A stretch of DNA of 64,000 bases from Spirochaetia bacterium (GCA_965203515.1 OZ241907.1:1088001-1152000); one strand, 5' to 3'; shown: positions 28,443-39,083, counted from the first letter of the stretch. Notes: generated by a model from the letters alone, not told the origin. Translations and numbers: made by a program.

Positions 28443-28907
28443 TTACCGGTGACTGCGCAGCGCCCGCTGCGCATCACGTTCGTCGTCGCGGCGCCGTATG
28501 TCCTGCCGCTTGTCGAAATCGCGCTTGCCCCGGCAGAGGGCGAGCTCGACCTTGACCAAGCCGCGTGAAGTATAGAAGCGCAACGGTACGAGTGTCAATC
28601 CGCGTTCGGCTACCCGGCGGCGCAGCGCCCGGATCTCCTTCTTGTGCGCAAGCAGCCGGCGCGGCCGGTCCGGCTCGTGGTTGTAGCGGTTGCCGTGCTC
28701 GTAGGGGGAGACGTGCAGCCCGTGCAGCCACAGCTCGCCGTTCTCCACGCGCCCGTGCGCGTCGGCGAAGGCGAACCGACCGGCGCGCATCGACTTCACC
28801 TCGGTGCCGGTAAGGACCAGTCCCACCTCCAGCCGTTCGACCGGCTGGTAGCGATGCAGCGCCCGGCGGTTGGTCGCCAGCGTGCGGCGGCCCGCCTGCT
28901 CAGCCAT
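28443..28907 (-). CDS. smpB: SsrA-binding protein
   Basis: NRRALHRY, EVGLVLTGTEVKSMR, RRLLAHKKEI, GKRDFDKR. Confidence 0.97.
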   Translation of the reverse strand: MAEQAGRRTLATNRRALHRYQPVERLEVGLVLTGTEVKSMRAGRFAFADAHGRVENGELWLHGLHVSPYEHGNRYNHEPDRPRRLLAHKKEIRALRRRVAERGLTLVPLRFYTSRGLVKVELALCRGKRDFDKRQDIRRRDDERDAQRALRSHR

Positions 28908-30591
28908 CGGACGCACGCGGTGCGGCGATCACGACGCGGAATCCCAGATACGGAGTGGCCCACGCCGGTTCCTGCGCCCCGCGGGAGTCGACGCGGATCA
29001 GCTCGCGCCGGCTTGCCCACGAGCCGCCGCGCACCACCCGCGCGGCGCCCACGCGCGGCTGCCCGGCCGTCGCCGGAGTCGGGTCGGCGCCGGCCCACAG
29101 CAGGTACGACGCGGGCGCGTACCACGTTGCGGTCCACTCCCAGACGTTGCCCAACAGGTCGTACAGCCCGTACCCGTTCGGTTCCGACGTCGGCGCCGGT
29201 CCCGGGCCGGCGCCGCGCAGCCCCGCCAGCCGGGCGCCGCCGGTCTCCGCGCCGAGCGGATAGGGCCGGCCGGTCAGTCCGCCGCGCGCCGCCCACTCCC
29301 ACTCGGCTTCCGTCGGCAGCCGCACGACCAGCGCTCCGGCCGCCATCGCCGCGTCCGACCACGCTTCGTCCAGCCACATTGCGTCCAGCCACGCGGCGAA
29401 CGCGGTTGCGGCGTGATGGGACACGTGCGTGACCGGATCGTCGAGCGCGTCGGGCGCCGGCGCGCCGCCGGACCACGCCGCCAGATAGGTCGGCTCGGCC
29501 AGCCCCTCCCGCACCAGCCGGGCGGTCGCGGCCGGCGCCCAGCGCGGCACTTCGGCGGCGAACCGGGCGAACTGTCGGTTGGTGACCTCGGTCTCCGCCA
29601 TCAGGAACGGCTCGACCGCACGCAGGTGGGGCTGGCGGTCGTGCGCGGCGTACTGGCCGCCGCCGCTGTCGTCGCCCATCAGCAAGGTGCCGCCGGGCAC
29701 CGGCCGAAAGCGCAGGCCGCCCACGACGACGGCGTCCGGCCCTGCCGGCCGTTGCCGGGCCGGCGCTGCGAGCGCCGCACGGGCGTCGAGGGCCCGGCGG
29801 TACCGCTGCCCGTGCTCGGCGTGCCAGCGCTGCGCGGCCAGACGCTCCCGGAGCCGATCCGGAACGGCGGCGGCAAGCCACGACGGCAGTCCCGGATAGT
29901 CCCGGTCGAGCTGCAGGAACCGGTCGAAGAGGCGCCGCACGGTCTGCGGCGTCACCGGCCCGCCGCCGGCGTCGGAGGCGGCGGCCGCGCGCACCAGCGC
30001 GCCGAGCGCCTGACGCCGGTCGATGAAGGGCAGGACGCCGTGCAGGAACGCATACCGGTCGGCCGCTGCCGCCTGCGCCAGCGCGCGGCCGGCGTCCTCG
30101 ATGATGCCGGTCGCGTGCGGCGCTGCGGCGAACTCGGCCACGCGGCGGCGCGCCGCGGCAGCGCCGTCGAGCAGCTCCAGGTCGGCGTGGGCGGCGGTGC
30201 GGTTGCGAACGATCAGCGTCCCGAACACCCGCGGCGCCACCTCGACGCGGAGCCGCTCGGCGGCAAAGCCGGCGCGCGCCAGCTCCAGCTCGTGCGTGCC
30301 GGGCGAGGCGTCCAACGTCAGCGGCGTGGTGCCGGCGAACTTCCCGTCCAGCGACACGGTCACGTTGCGTGGGGTGGCGGTCACCTCGATCCGGCCGCCT
30401 GGGGCGCGCAAGCCGGGGTAGAGCAGCGCCAGGAACAGCGCCACCAGCAGGGCCAGCCCATAGATGACGGTGAGGTAGGCGCCGGGCGGGATGCCGAGGA
30501 CCGGACGCAGGCGCACCTGGGCGGCGCGTTCGAGGTCGGCGACCTCGACAGCCGCGGCGGGCGCGTCCGCGGATCGGGTGTTGCGTTTCAT
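28900..30591 (-). CDS. Membrane-anchored PEGA + formylglycine-generating-enzyme (SUMF1) domain protein
   Basis: N-terminal TM, PEGA-like VSLDGKFAGTTPL, RLPTEAEWEWAARGG, NGYGLYDLLGNVWEW, RVVRGGSW, GFRVV. Confidence 0.88.
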   Translation of the reverse strand: MKRNTRSADAPAAAVEVADLERAAQVRLRPVLGIPPGAYLTVIYGLALLVALFLALLYPGLRAPGGRIEVTATPRNVTVSLDGKFAGTTPLTLDASPGTHELELARAGFAAERLRVEVAPRVFGTLIVRNRTAAHADLELLDGAAAARRRVAEFAAAPHATGIIEDAGRALAQAAAADRYAFLHGVLPFIDRRQALGALVRAAAASDAGGGPVTPQTVRRLFDRFLQLDRDYPGLPSWLAAAVPDRLRERLAAQRWHAEHGQRYRRALDARAALAAPARQRPAGPDAVVVGGLRFRPVPGGTLLMGDDSGGGQYAAHDRQPHLRAVEPFLMAETEVTNRQFARFAAEVPRWAPAATARLVREGLAEPTYLAAWSGGAPAPDALDDPVTHVSHHAATAFAAWLDAMWLDEAWSDAAMAAGALVVRLPTEAEWEWAARGGLTGRPYPLGAETGGARLAGLRGAGPGPAPTSEPNGYGLYDLLGNVWEWTATWYAPASYLLWAGADPTPATAGQPRVGAARVVRGGSWASRRELIRVDSRGAQEPAWATPYLGFRVVIAAPRASDG

Positions 30592-30617
30592 GACCGGGGC
30601 CTGTTCGACCGGCCGGC

Positions 30618-30646
30618 AGGATGGAGCGGCGCCGCCGCGGTGTCAA
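30618..30646 (-). promoter_or_regulatory. Sigma70-like promoter for the SUMF1-smpB-ssrA unit
   Basis: TTGACA, 17 nt, CATCCT. Confidence 0.55.
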
Positions 30647-30704
30647 AGCGCGCCGCCCGCGCGGCCGTGTTGCCGGCCCGCCGGACGGGCGGTAGGCTCG
30701 CGCC

Positions 30705-31748
30705 GTGGCCACGGAGACGGCCCGAGCCGGGCGCGGCGCATCGGAGGGCCGGCAGTCGGGATGGCAGGCTTGGTGCGCGGCGCTGCAGCGCGGCACCGAG
30801 CGGCTGCTGACCGGCCGCCGGCGCCGCCGGTTGCGGCGCCGCGAGCGCCACCGGCGGCGCAGTCTCATCGTCGAATGGCTCGACGTGATCGGATCGACCG
30901 TGCTCATCGTCCTGGTGATCAACCAGTTCCTGTTCCAGGCATACAAGATCCCCTCGCAATCGATGCGTCCGACGCTGGAGATCAGCGATCGCATCTTCGT
31001 GAACAAGCTCCTGTACGGTCCCGAGCTGGTGCCGGGCCAGGTCAAGCTGCCCGGCCCCCGGAGCCCGCAACGCGGCGAGGTCATCATCTTCGAGAACCCG
31101 AGCTACGTGCCGATCGGCCCGCTCATGGACATCCTGAAGCGGGTCGTCTACATGGTGACGCTGTCGATGGTCGACATCGACCGCGACGAACACGGCAGGA
31201 CCAAGCACCACACCCTGATCAAGCGCGCGGTCGGCGTCGGCGGCGATCGCATCCGCCTGCGTCGGGGCGAGGTGCAGGTGCTGCTTCCGGGAGCGGACGA
31301 ATGGATCGACGAGCCGGCGCTGCAGGCGGCGTTCGGGCTCGACTACCGGCCGCGCCGGAGCCCGGACCTGGTCGATTACGACGTGCTGCAGGCCGGCGTC
31401 GTGGCCGAGACCAGGATGGCGGCGGGCCAGCCGCTGACCGAGGCGGAACGGGTCGATCTGAACCGATGGAAGCAGCGGCAGGCGACCGGCCGCACCGACC
31501 GGATCTTCTGGGAACACTGGCGGTTGCGCACCATCGTCGAGGCGGACCCGACCGATCGCAACGCCGCCCGGCAGTGGCAGTTGCTGGAGCGCGGCTGGCC
31601 GGTGCCGGCCGGCGCGGTGTTTCCGCTGGGAGACAACCGCGACGAGTCGAACGACGCCCGCTACTTCGGTCCGGTGACGCTCCGCCGGGTGCTCGGCAAG
31701 GCGATGTTCCACTACTGGCCGCCGGCCCGCTGGGCCGGCATCCGCTGA
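30705..31748 (+). CDS. lepB: Signal peptidase I
   Basis: IPSQSMRPTL (Ser), LIKRAVG (Lys), LGDNRDESNDARYFG; TAGGCT 6 nt upstream suggests a leaderless mRNA. Confidence 0.95.
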   Translation: MATETARAGRGASEGRQSGWQAWCAALQRGTERLLTGRRRRRLRRRERHRRRSLIVEWLDVIGSTVLIVLVINQFLFQAYKIPSQSMRPTLEISDRIFVNKLLYGPELVPGQVKLPGPRSPQRGEVIIFENPSYVPIGPLMDILKRVVYMVTLSMVDIDRDEHGRTKHHTLIKRAVGVGGDRIRLRRGEVQVLLPGADEWIDEPALQAAFGLDYRPRRSPDLVDYDVLQAGVVAETRMAAGQPLTEAERVDLNRWKQRQATGRTDRIFWEHWRLRTIVEADPTDRNAARQWQLLERGWPVPAGAVFPLGDNRDESNDARYFGPVTLRRVLGKAMFHYWPPARWAGIR

Positions 31749-31777
31749 CCGGGCGCCGCCGCCCGGGGGCGGGCGAT

Positions 31778-31807
31778 TTGACGGCGGCCGACCCCCATGG
31801 GTAGCAT
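31778..31807 (+). promoter_or_regulatory. Sigma70-like promoter of yebC-ruvCAB-queA
   Basis: TTGACG, 18 nt, TAGCAT. Confidence 0.55.
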
Positions 31808-31825
31808 GGAAGCCGGGGAGGGGGG

Positions 31826-32569
31826 ATGTCAGGTCACAGCAAGTGGCACTCGATACGCCACAAGAAGGGGGCCGCTGACGCCCGGCGCGGCAAGCTCTTC
31901 GCCAAGCTCATCAAGGAGGTCACCGTCGCCGCGCGGCTCGGCGGCGGCGGCGAAGACGCCAACCCGCGGCTCCGACAGGCGGTCCTGAAGGCGCGGGCGG
32001 CCAACATGCCGGCCGACAACATCGACCGCGCGATCAAGAAAGGCGCCGGCGAGTTGGGCGGCAGCGAATTTCACGAGCTGCTCTATGAAGCGTACGGCCC
32101 CGGCGGGGCGGCGATGCTCATCGAGATCCTCACCGACAACAAGAATCGCAGCGCCGCCGAGGTGCGCAACACGCTCGCCAAGCACGGCGGCAACCTGGGC
32201 GATTCCGGCTCGGTTGCCTACCTGTTCAACCGGCGCGGCGTGGTGGCGATCGACGCGGAACGCCACTCCGAGGACGAGGTGATGGAGGTGGCGGTCGAGG
32301 CCGGCGCCCTCGACGTGGTCGCGGACGACGGCTTCATCGAGGTTCTGACCGAGCCGTCGGACTTCGACGCGGTGCTGCAGTCGATCCAGGGCGCCGAGCT
32401 GGCCACGACCGGGGCGGAGATCACCTGGGTCGCCGACGCGCCGCTGGAGCTGCCGGCCAAGTCGGCGGCGGCCGCGGTACGGCTGATCGAGCTGATCGAG
32501 GACCTGGACGACGTGCAGTCGGTGGCCACCAACCTCGATCTCGCGGAGCCCGCGCTCGACGGCGACTGA
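31826..32569 (+). CDS. yebC: YebC/PmpR family protein
   Basis: MSGHSKWHSIRHKK, YEAYGPGG, TDNKNRS. Confidence 0.97.
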   Translation: MSGHSKWHSIRHKKGAADARRGKLFAKLIKEVTVAARLGGGGEDANPRLRQAVLKARAANMPADNIDRAIKKGAGELGGSEFHELLYEAYGPGGAAMLIEILTDNKNRSAAEVRNTLAKHGGNLGDSGSVAYLFNRRGVVAIDAERHSEDEVMEVAVEAGALDVVADDGFIEVLTEPSDFDAVLQSIQGAELATTGAEITWVADAPLELPAKSAAAAVRLIELIEDLDDVQSVATNLDLAEPALDGD

Positions 32570-32582
32570 GCGCAGGGCAGCG

Positions 32583-33092
32583 TTGGCGGTCATCCTGGGC
32601 ATCGATCCCGGACTTGCCGCGACCGGGTACGGGGTGATCCGCGTGGAGGGCAGCCGCCTGCGCCACGTCGCGCACGGCGCGGTCACCACCGAGCCCGAAC
32701 AGGACCGCGGCGGGCGCCTGCTGGCGATCCGGGACGCGCTGACCGAGGTGCTGGCCCGCTACCGCCCGGATCAGGCCGGCGTGGAGTCGCTGTTCTTCTC
32801 GCGCAACGTCCGATCCGCGCTGCCGGTCGCCGAGGCGCGCGGCGTCATCCTGCTGTGTCTGGCCGACGCCGGGATCGCCTGCGCCGAGCACACGCCGCTG
32901 CGCGTCAAGCAGGCGGTGCTGGGCCACGGCAACGCCGACAAGCAGCAGATCGGCGCGATGGTCCGCATCCTGTTTCGGATCGGTGCTGACGATCCGCTGT
33001 CGCACCACGCGGCCGACGCGCTGGCGGTCGCGGTCTGCCACGCCCATTCCGTGCCGCTGGAAGAGCGCGCGAAACGCCGGCAGGACCGGTAG
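32583..33092 (+). CDS. ruvC: Holliday junction resolvase RuvC
   Basis: ILGIDPGLAATGYG, VESLFF, HAADALAVAVCH. Confidence 0.96.
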   Translation: MAVILGIDPGLAATGYGVIRVEGSRLRHVAHGAVTTEPEQDRGGRLLAIRDALTEVLARYRPDQAGVESLFFSRNVRSALPVAEARGVILLCLADAGIACAEHTPLRVKQAVLGHGNADKQQIGAMVRILFRIGADDPLSHHAADALAVAVCHAHSVPLEERAKRRQDR

Positions 33093-33100
33093 CGAACGAG

Positions 33101-33685
33101 ATGTACAACAGCCTGACCGGCACCGTCACCTTCAAGGACCGCGAGCGGCTCCACCTGCTGCTGGCCGGGGTGGAGTGGGACCTGGCGATCTCCGGCAGCA
33201 CCGCGGACGCGCTTCCGGAGCGCGGATCGGAAGCGCGGGTGTTCACCTTTCTGCACCATCGTGAAGACGTGATGAAGCTCTACGGCTTTGCGTCCGGAGC
33301 CGAGCGGGAGCTGTTCCTCAAGCTCCTGCAGGTCAACGGCGTCGGCCCGCGCCTGATCATGCGCATGCTGTCGGCCGCTACCGAACGCGACATCCGCGCC
33401 GCCGTGCAGGCCGGTGACGCCGACGCGCTGGCCCGCGTTCCGGGACTGGGCGCCAAGAGCGCGCAGAAGGTCATCCTGGCGCTGCGCGGCAAGCTGCCGC
33501 CTCCCGCGGACGCGGCGACCGGGGTGGAGACCGAGCTGATCGAAGCGTTGACCGGTATGGGCTTCAACCAGCGAGAAGCCGCCAAGGCGGTCGCCGTCGC
33601 GGTAGAGGCGTCCGGCCGGGACGGCGACCGCGACGAGGCGCAGCTGCTGCGCGCCGCGATTCAGCTGCTGGGCGCCTCGCGGTGA
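33101..33685 (+). CDS. ruvA: Holliday junction branch migration protein RuvA
   Basis: REDVMKLYGF, VNGVGP, VPGLGAKSAQKVILAL. Confidence 0.95.
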   Translation: MYNSLTGTVTFKDRERLHLLLAGVEWDLAISGSTADALPERGSEARVFTFLHHREDVMKLYGFASGAERELFLKLLQVNGVGPRLIMRMLSAATERDIRAAVQAGDADALARVPGLGAKSAQKVILALRGKLPPPADAATGVETELIEALTGMGFNQREAAKAVAVAVEASGRDGDRDEAQLLRAAIQLLGASR

Positions 33686-34734
33686 GCGACCGCATCGTGT
33701 CGACGCGGGCCGGCGGCGACGAGGCCGACGGCGAGGAGGTACGGCTGCGGCCGCGCCTGCTGGCCGACTTCATCGGCCAGAAGCAGCACCGCGAGAACCT
33801 GCGCGTGTTCGTCAGCGCCGCCCGCGACCGCGGCGAAGCGCTCGATCACGTCTTCTTCTCCGGGCCGCCGGGGCTCGGCAAGACGACGCTCGCGGCGATC
33901 GTCGCCACCGAGCTCCGCGTCGAGTTTCGCAGCACGTCCGCGCCCGCCCTGGAGAAGACCGCGGACCTGGTGGCGATCCTCACCAGCCTGGGCCGGCACC
34001 ACGTCTTCTTCATCGACGAGATCCACCGGCTGCGGCCGCCGATCGAGGAGCTGCTGTACACGGCGATGGAGGACTACGAGGTCGACGTGGTCATCGGCGA
34101 GGGGCCGAGCGCCCGCACCATCAAGCTCTCGCTGCCGCGCTTCACGTTGATCGGCGCCACTACCAAGACCGGGCTGGTGTCGGCTCCGCTCTACTCGCGG
34201 TTCGGCATCACCGCGCGGCTCGACCTGTACGACCAGGAGGAGCTGGAGCAGATCGTCGACCGCTGCGCGGCGCTGCTGTCGATGGAGCTGGCGCCGGAGG
34301 TAGGGACGCGGCTGGCGCGCAGCGCCCGCGGCACCCCGCGCGTGGCGATCCGGCTGGTGCGGCGGATGCGGGACTACGCGCAGGTGTGGGGCGACGGCAC
34401 GCTGACCGGCGCGATCGTCGACCGGGGCCTGCGCGCGCTGGGCATCGACCGCTACGGCCTCGACCGGACCGACCGCGAGATACTGTCGATCATCGTCGAC
34501 CGGTACGGGGGCGGCCCGGTCGGCGTGGAGACGCTGGCGATCTCCCTGGGAGAGACCGCGGACACGGTGGAGGACGTGTACGAACCGTTCCTGGTGCAGA
34601 GCGGCTTCCTGAAGCGCACCGCCCGCGGGCGCGTCGTGACCGATCTTGCCCTGCAGCACGTGCGGGGGGCCGCGTCCGGTCAGTCCGCGGTCGAACAGGA
34701 GGGGGCCGGTGCTCGCTCGGGACTTCTCTTTTGA
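33682..34734 (+). CDS. ruvB: Holliday junction helicase RuvB
   Basis: GPPGLGKTT, FIDEIHRL, ARGTPRVA, YEPFL. Confidence 0.98.
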   Translation: MSDRIVSTRAGGDEADGEEVRLRPRLLADFIGQKQHRENLRVFVSAARDRGEALDHVFFSGPPGLGKTTLAAIVATELRVEFRSTSAPALEKTADLVAILTSLGRHHVFFIDEIHRLRPPIEELLYTAMEDYEVDVVIGEGPSARTIKLSLPRFTLIGATTKTGLVSAPLYSRFGITARLDLYDQEELEQIVDRCAALLSMELAPEVGTRLARSARGTPRVAIRLVRRMRDYAQVWGDGTLTGAIVDRGLRALGIDRYGLDRTDREILSIIVDRYGGGPVGVETLAISLGETADTVEDVYEPFLVQSGFLKRTARGRVVTDLALQHVRGAASGQSAVEQEGAGARSGLLF

Positions 34735-35734
34735 GGTCCCGCCGCGGCTCATCGCGCAGCGGCCGGCCGCTCGCCGCGGCGCCGAACGGCTGCTGGTCCT
34801 GGACCGCGCGCGCGCCGGCAACCGCCACGCCACCATGGCCGAGCTGCCGGCGCTGCTGCCGGCCGGCTCGCTGCTGGTGCTCAACGACTCGCGCGTGCGC
34901 AAGGCGCGCATCCACGGCTCGTCCGAGAACGGCGGATCGGTGGAGCTGGTCTTCCTGGAGGAGATCGGCCCCGGACGCTGGCGCGCGCTGGCGCGGCGGG
35001 CGCGGCGCCAGCGCGTCGGCAAGCGGCTGCTCCTGCCCGACGGCGTGCAGGCGCGCGTGGTCGCGGCCGACGCCGACCGGCGCGTGCTGGAGCTCCGCCC
35101 GCCGATCGGCGAGGACTACTTCGAGCGCCACGGAACCATGCCGCTGCCGCCGTACATCGAACGGACGCCGGATGCGGATGACGACGAGCGCTACCAGACC
35201 GTCTACGCGCGGGAGTTCGGCTCGGCGGCGGCGCCGACCGCCGGACTCCACCTCACGCCCGACCTCCTCGACGCGATGCGGGCGCGCGGCATCGACATCG
35301 AGTGCGTGACGCTGCACGTCGGTCCCGGCACGTTCCAGCCGGTCCGCACCGAGCGGCTGGAAGATCACCGCATGCACGAGGAGTCGGCGGCGCTGAGCCC
35401 GCCGGCGGCGGCGGCGATCGAGGCGGCGCGGCGCGACCGGCGGGAGGTGGTCGCGGTCGGCACCACCGTGGTCCGGGCGCTGGAGTCGCGGCCGGCGCAT
35501 CACCGCGCCGGCGCGGTGACGCCGGGCCGGTGGCGTACCGACCTGTTCATCCGGCCGGGACACCGCTTCCGGGTGGTCACGCGGCTGCTCACCAACCTGC
35601 ACACCCCCGGCTCGACGCTGGTAGCCCTGGTGGCGGCCTTCGCCGGCCGCGAACGGCTGCTGGCCGCGTACCGGGAAGCGGTGGCGCGCGGCTACCGGTT
35701 CTACTCCTACGGCGACGCCATGCTGATCCTGTAA
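34709..35734 (+). CDS. queA: SAM:tRNA ribosyltransferase-isomerase
   Basis: PLPPYI, YQTVYA, AAPTAGLH, TLHVGPGTFQP, YRFYSYGDAMLI. Confidence 0.96.
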   Translation: MLARDFSFEVPPRLIAQRPAARRGAERLLVLDRARAGNRHATMAELPALLPAGSLLVLNDSRVRKARIHGSSENGGSVELVFLEEIGPGRWRALARRARRQRVGKRLLLPDGVQARVVAADADRRVLELRPPIGEDYFERHGTMPLPPYIERTPDADDDERYQTVYAREFGSAAAPTAGLHLTPDLLDAMRARGIDIECVTLHVGPGTFQPVRTERLEDHRMHEESAALSPPAAAAIEAARRDRREVVAVGTTVVRALESRPAHHRAGAVTPGRWRTDLFIRPGHRFRVVTRLLTNLHTPGSTLVALVAAFAGRERLLAAYREAVARGYRFYSYGDAMLIL

Positions 35735-35799
35735 CGATGTCGTCCGTCAATGGTTGGGAGAAAGGAGATGGGTGCGGCAGCGCGGCGGACGGCGCCGCT

Positions 35800-35832
35800 C
35801 GACCGGCGCGGCGGACCGTGACGCGCCGGTCG
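35800..35832. terminator. Hairpin between convergent queA and tmk
   Basis: 11-bp stem CGACCGGCGCG/CGCGCCGGTCG. Confidence 0.45.
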
Positions 35833-35847
35833 GCCGCCGGACCGCGC

Positions 35848-36507
35848 TCAATCGATCCCGAGCAGCGGCCACAGGCGCGAGAAGACCTCCTGCGGGGTCC
35901 CGGCGCCGTCGATCCGGTGCACCGCCACCCCCCGCGCCTGCAGCCGGTCGAACGCGGCGCCATAGGCGGCGAGCAGTCGCCGCTGGGTCGCGATCCCGTC
36001 GAATCGCTGCCGTGCGGCGCCGCGCGCGCGCAACCGTTCCTGGCACAGCGCGACGGGGGTATTCAGAAACACCACGCGCTCGGGCAGCGCGGCGGTATCG
36101 TTGACCGCCTCGATGTAGTCAGGGGGGACCTGGAGGCTCTGATAGGCCAGGCTGGAGGCGATGCACCGATCGCTGATCACCAGTTCGCCGGCGGCGCGGC
36201 GCTCGATGATGCCGCCCGCGCCGTGGCAGTGCTCGGCCCGGTCAGCCGCGAACAGCAGCGTGAACGCCCGGCCGGAGAGCGGCCGGCCCGACTCCAGCAG
36301 CGTGCGGATGAGCCGCCCGATCGGCCCGTCGGTCGGCTCGCGCGTGCGGAAGTGGCGCACGCCGCGCGCGCGCAGCCGGTCGGCGGCCAGCGCCACCTGC
36401 GTGGTGGTGCCGGCGCCGTCGAGCCCTTCGACCGCGACGAATCCCGGCAAGATGCGTGCCTGCAAGATCTGCTCCGCCCCGGTGCGGGTACCGCGTCGGC
36501 CCTTCAC
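35848..36507 (-). CDS. tmk: Thymidylate kinase
   Basis: VEGLDGAGTTTQ, TREPT, LLFAADRAEH, ISDR..SSLAYQ. Confidence 0.92.
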   Translation of the reverse strand: MKGRRGTRTGAEQILQARILPGFVAVEGLDGAGTTTQVALAADRLRARGVRHFRTREPTDGPIGRLIRTLLESGRPLSGRAFTLLFAADRAEHCHGAGGIIERRAAGELVISDRCIASSLAYQSLQVPPDYIEAVNDTAALPERVVFLNTPVALCQERLRARGAARQRFDGIATQRRLLAAYGAAFDRLQARGVAVHRIDGAGTPQEVFSRLWPLLGID

Positions 36508-36527
36508 GCTATGATCGCGCCGATACC

Positions 36528-37009
36528 ATGATCGGACCGGTCACCGCGACACTATCGGAATGCCGCCGTCGTGTCTCCGTGCTGGTGTTGCTGCTGTCCG
36601 CGTTCGCCCTGCGCGCCCAGGAGGCGGACGCGCCGGCGATCGAGGGGAGTCCGGTCCGCATTCCCGACATCGTCATCACCGGCGCCGACGCGATCATCAT
36701 CGTGCCGCCGCTGCCGGTCCTGGCCGGCGGCGGCATACCGGTGCCGCCGGTCGAACTGACGCCGATACGGTTCCGGCCGTCGCCGGCCGATTGCGTGCCA
36801 CCGTCCGCGGCGGCGGCAGCGCGGCTGGGGGCCAACCGGAGCTCTGCGAGCCGCCGGCCCTGGTGAGGTTGCTGCCGTTCTTCCTGTCAGGAGCGCCGCC
36901 GCGGCCGGCGATGGACGATCTGGGGGTCCGCTACCCGGCGCCGGGTAGCGGCGGCGCCGGCGTCCGGCATGACGGGGCCCGGCATGACGACGAAAATGAC
37001 GAAACGTGA
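36528..37009 (+). CDS. Hypothetical exported Pro-rich protein, apparent 1-nt frameshift at G5 36827-36831
   Basis: Signal-like VLVLLLSAFALRAQ; the original frame stops at 36866, and GC3-rich codons continue in the shifted frame to TGA 37009. Confidence 0.5.
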
Positions 37010-37039
37010 CGGAACTGCTCGGAACGAGGGAGGGGACGA

Positions 37040-37684
37040 GTGATAGAGTTCATCTTGCGCGGCGGGGTATTCCTGTGGCCGATCGGCCTGCTGTCGGTCG
37101 GGGCGCTGTACCTGATCATCGAGCGGGCGATCTTCTTCCTGCAGTCGCGGCCGGCGCCGCAGCTCCAGCGGGCGCTGAACGACTTCCTGGGCGGCGAGCC
37201 GCCGGTGGATCTGGCGGAGACGCTGGCCGAGAGCAGCGCGCCGGAAGCGAAGCTGGCGCAGGTCGGGCTGCTCGCCGAGGGCGCTGACGCCGGCGACGCG
37301 CACCGCCGGCTGGAGCGGGCGCTGTTGGAGGTCGTCGCCACCCTGGAGCATAACGTGGCGCCGCTGGCGAGCATCGCCAACGTGGCGACCCACCTGGGCC
37401 TGCTGGGAACGGTGGTCGGCATGATCGCGGCCTTCATCGGCATGGGCGGCGTTGCGACCGCGGACCTGACCGGGCTGACGCAGGGCATCTCGCAGGCGCT
37501 GATCACCACCGCCGCCGGCCTGGGCGTGGCGGTGCCGGCGTCGTTCTTCCACCACCTGTACGCCAATCACGTGAAGAAGCGGATTGCGGAGTTGAACGTC
37601 ACCACCTCCGAGCTCGAGTCGCTGGTAGTGGCCGTGACCGCTGTCGAGCCCGCTGTCGAGACTGCTGTCGAGCCGGGACGGTGA
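37040..37684 (+). CDS. exbB: MotA/TolQ/ExbB proton channel
   Basis: [32 protein letters not shown]. Confidence 0.9.
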   Translation: MIEFILRGGVFLWPIGLLSVGALYLIIERAIFFLQSRPAPQLQRALNDFLGGEPPVDLAETLAESSAPEAKLAQVGLLAEGADAGDAHRRLERALLEVVATLEHNVAPLASIANVATHLGLLGTVVGMIAAFIGMGGVATADLTGLTQGISQALITTAAGLGVAVPASFFHHLYANHVKKRIAELNVTTSELESLVVAVTAVEPAVETAVEPGR

Positions 37685-38109
37685 GCGAGCGACGCGGCAT
37701 CCGGGTCACCGGCAGCGACCTGGGCGTGTCGGCCGCCCTGCCGCTCACCGCGCTGATCGACGTCATCTTCCTGGTCGTGATCTTCTTCATGATCAACGCC
37801 GCGTTCGCGGTAACCTCGCAGATTCCGGTCGATCTGCCGGACGAACCGGGAGACGCCGTCTCCGGCAACCGCTCGGTCGTGGTCACCATCGACGCCGCCG
37901 GCCTGATCTACGTGAACGAGCAGCCGGTCTACCTGGAGGAGCTGGTCGCCGTGCTCAGCGACCGGCGCGAGCAGGACCCCGACCTGGCCGTGTTCGTGAG
38001 CGCCGACGCCGCACTGCCGTATCAGAACCTGATCGACGTCCTCGGCGCGGTGCGCAATGCTGGCATCAGGGCGCTCTCCCTGGTGACCGATCCGGCTTCG
38101 ACGTCGTGA
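37681..38109 (+). CDS. exbD: ExbD/TolR family protein
   Basis: [17 protein letters not shown] with the essential Asp, [19 protein letters not shown]. Confidence 0.92.
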   Translation: MSERRGIRVTGSDLGVSAALPLTALIDVIFLVVIFFMINAAFAVTSQIPVDLPDEPGDAVSGNRSVVVTIDAAGLIYVNEQPVYLEELVAVLSDRREQDPDLAVFVSADAALPYQNLIDVLGAVRNAGIRALSLVTDPASTS

Positions 38110-39083
38110 AGGGCCTGCGCCGGCCGGCGTCGTTCGCCGTGTCGGTGGCCCTCCATTCCGCCGTTCTGATCATCGCCTCGCGCCTGCCGATGCCGCCGCC
38201 GCCGCGCGAGACCGTGATCGCCGTGGAGCTGGTCGCGGCGGCGCCGGCGCCGGCAGCGACGGCGCCGGCGGCCGAGGAATCGGCGCCGGAGCCCGACCCG
38301 CCCCCGGAGCCGCAACCAGAGCCAGAACCAGAGCCGGAGCCAGAACCAGAGCCGCAACCGGAGCCAGAACCGCAACCGGAACCGGAGCCGCAACCGGAGC
38401 CGCAACCGGAACCGGAGCCGCAACCGGAACCGGAGCCACAACCAGAGCCGGAGCCACAACCAGAGCCGGAGCCACAACCGGAACCGGAGCCAGAACCGCA
38501 ACCGGAACCGGAGCCGCAACCGGAGCCACAACCAGAGCCGGAGCCACAACCAGAGCCGGAACCGGAACCGCCGAAGGTCGACCTGGCGGCGTTGGCCAGG
38601 GACGCCGCCGCCAAGGCGGCGGCCGACCTCGCCATGCCATTGCGGGCGCCGTCGGTGCCAACGCCGGACGCGACGCCGCGCTGGACCTCGGAACTGGCCG
38701 CGCCGCTGCCGACCGAGGACGACACGATCGACCTGGCGGACGCGGCGCTGAACCGCTCCCTCTCCCCGGAGCCGGGCGCCTTGGCCGGCGGGGACCGGGA
38801 GCGGACGTACCGGTGCCCGGAACCGAGCGGGTACCTGCAGGATGGGAACTACCCGGAGCGGATGGCGCGGGAAGGGACCGCGGTCGTCGTCAACGTGACG
38901 ATCACGGTCAACGCGCGCGGCGTCGTCACGGAAGCCTCGGTCGAGGCGGATGACGAGTCCGGCTTCCCGACGATCGACATCGCCGCGTTGCAGGTGGCGC
39001 GCGCGTGCCGCTTCGACGCGAAGCTCGGCGCTCCCGACGTGCGCCGGCTCGTGCCGATCACCTTCGATCCGCGCCGGCGTTGA
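38106..39083 (+). CDS. tonB: TonB-family energy transducer with long EP/QP linker
   Basis: SVALHSA TM motif, Pro-Glu repeats, C-terminal [27 protein letters not shown]. Confidence 0.85.
   Translation: MKGLRRPASFAVSVALHSAVLIIASRLPMPPPPRETVIAVELVAAAPAPAATAPAAEESAPEPDPPPEPQPEPEPEPEPEPEPQPEPEPQPEPEPQPEPQPEPEPQPEPEPQPEPEPQPEPEPQPEPEPEPQPEPEPQPEPQPEPEPQPEPEPEPPKVDLAALARDAAAKAAADLAMPLRAPSVPTPDATPRWTSELAAPLPTEDDTIDLADAALNRSLSPEPGALAGGDRERTYRCPEPSGYLQDGNYPERMAREGTAVVVNVTITVNARGVVTEASVEADDESGFPTIDIAALQVARACRFDAKLGAPDVRRLVPITFDPRRR
38304..38570 (+). repeat. Coding tandem repeat ([10 protein letters not shown])n in TonB
   Basis: 6/12/18-bp periodic CC(G/A)GA(G/A)CC(G/A)CAA units. Confidence 0.95.

Noticed and set aside
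35754..35847. Small gene after queA with an AAAGGAG motif
   Set aside because: The SD-like motif abuts the ATG with no spacing, and the frames run antisense into tmk without coding signal
38304..38570. Long periodic repeat that might be taken for a CRISPR or satellite array
   Set aside because: No unique spacers; it is the in-frame Pro-Glu/Gln linker of TonB. The antisense GSGC and LRLW ORFs are its shadows
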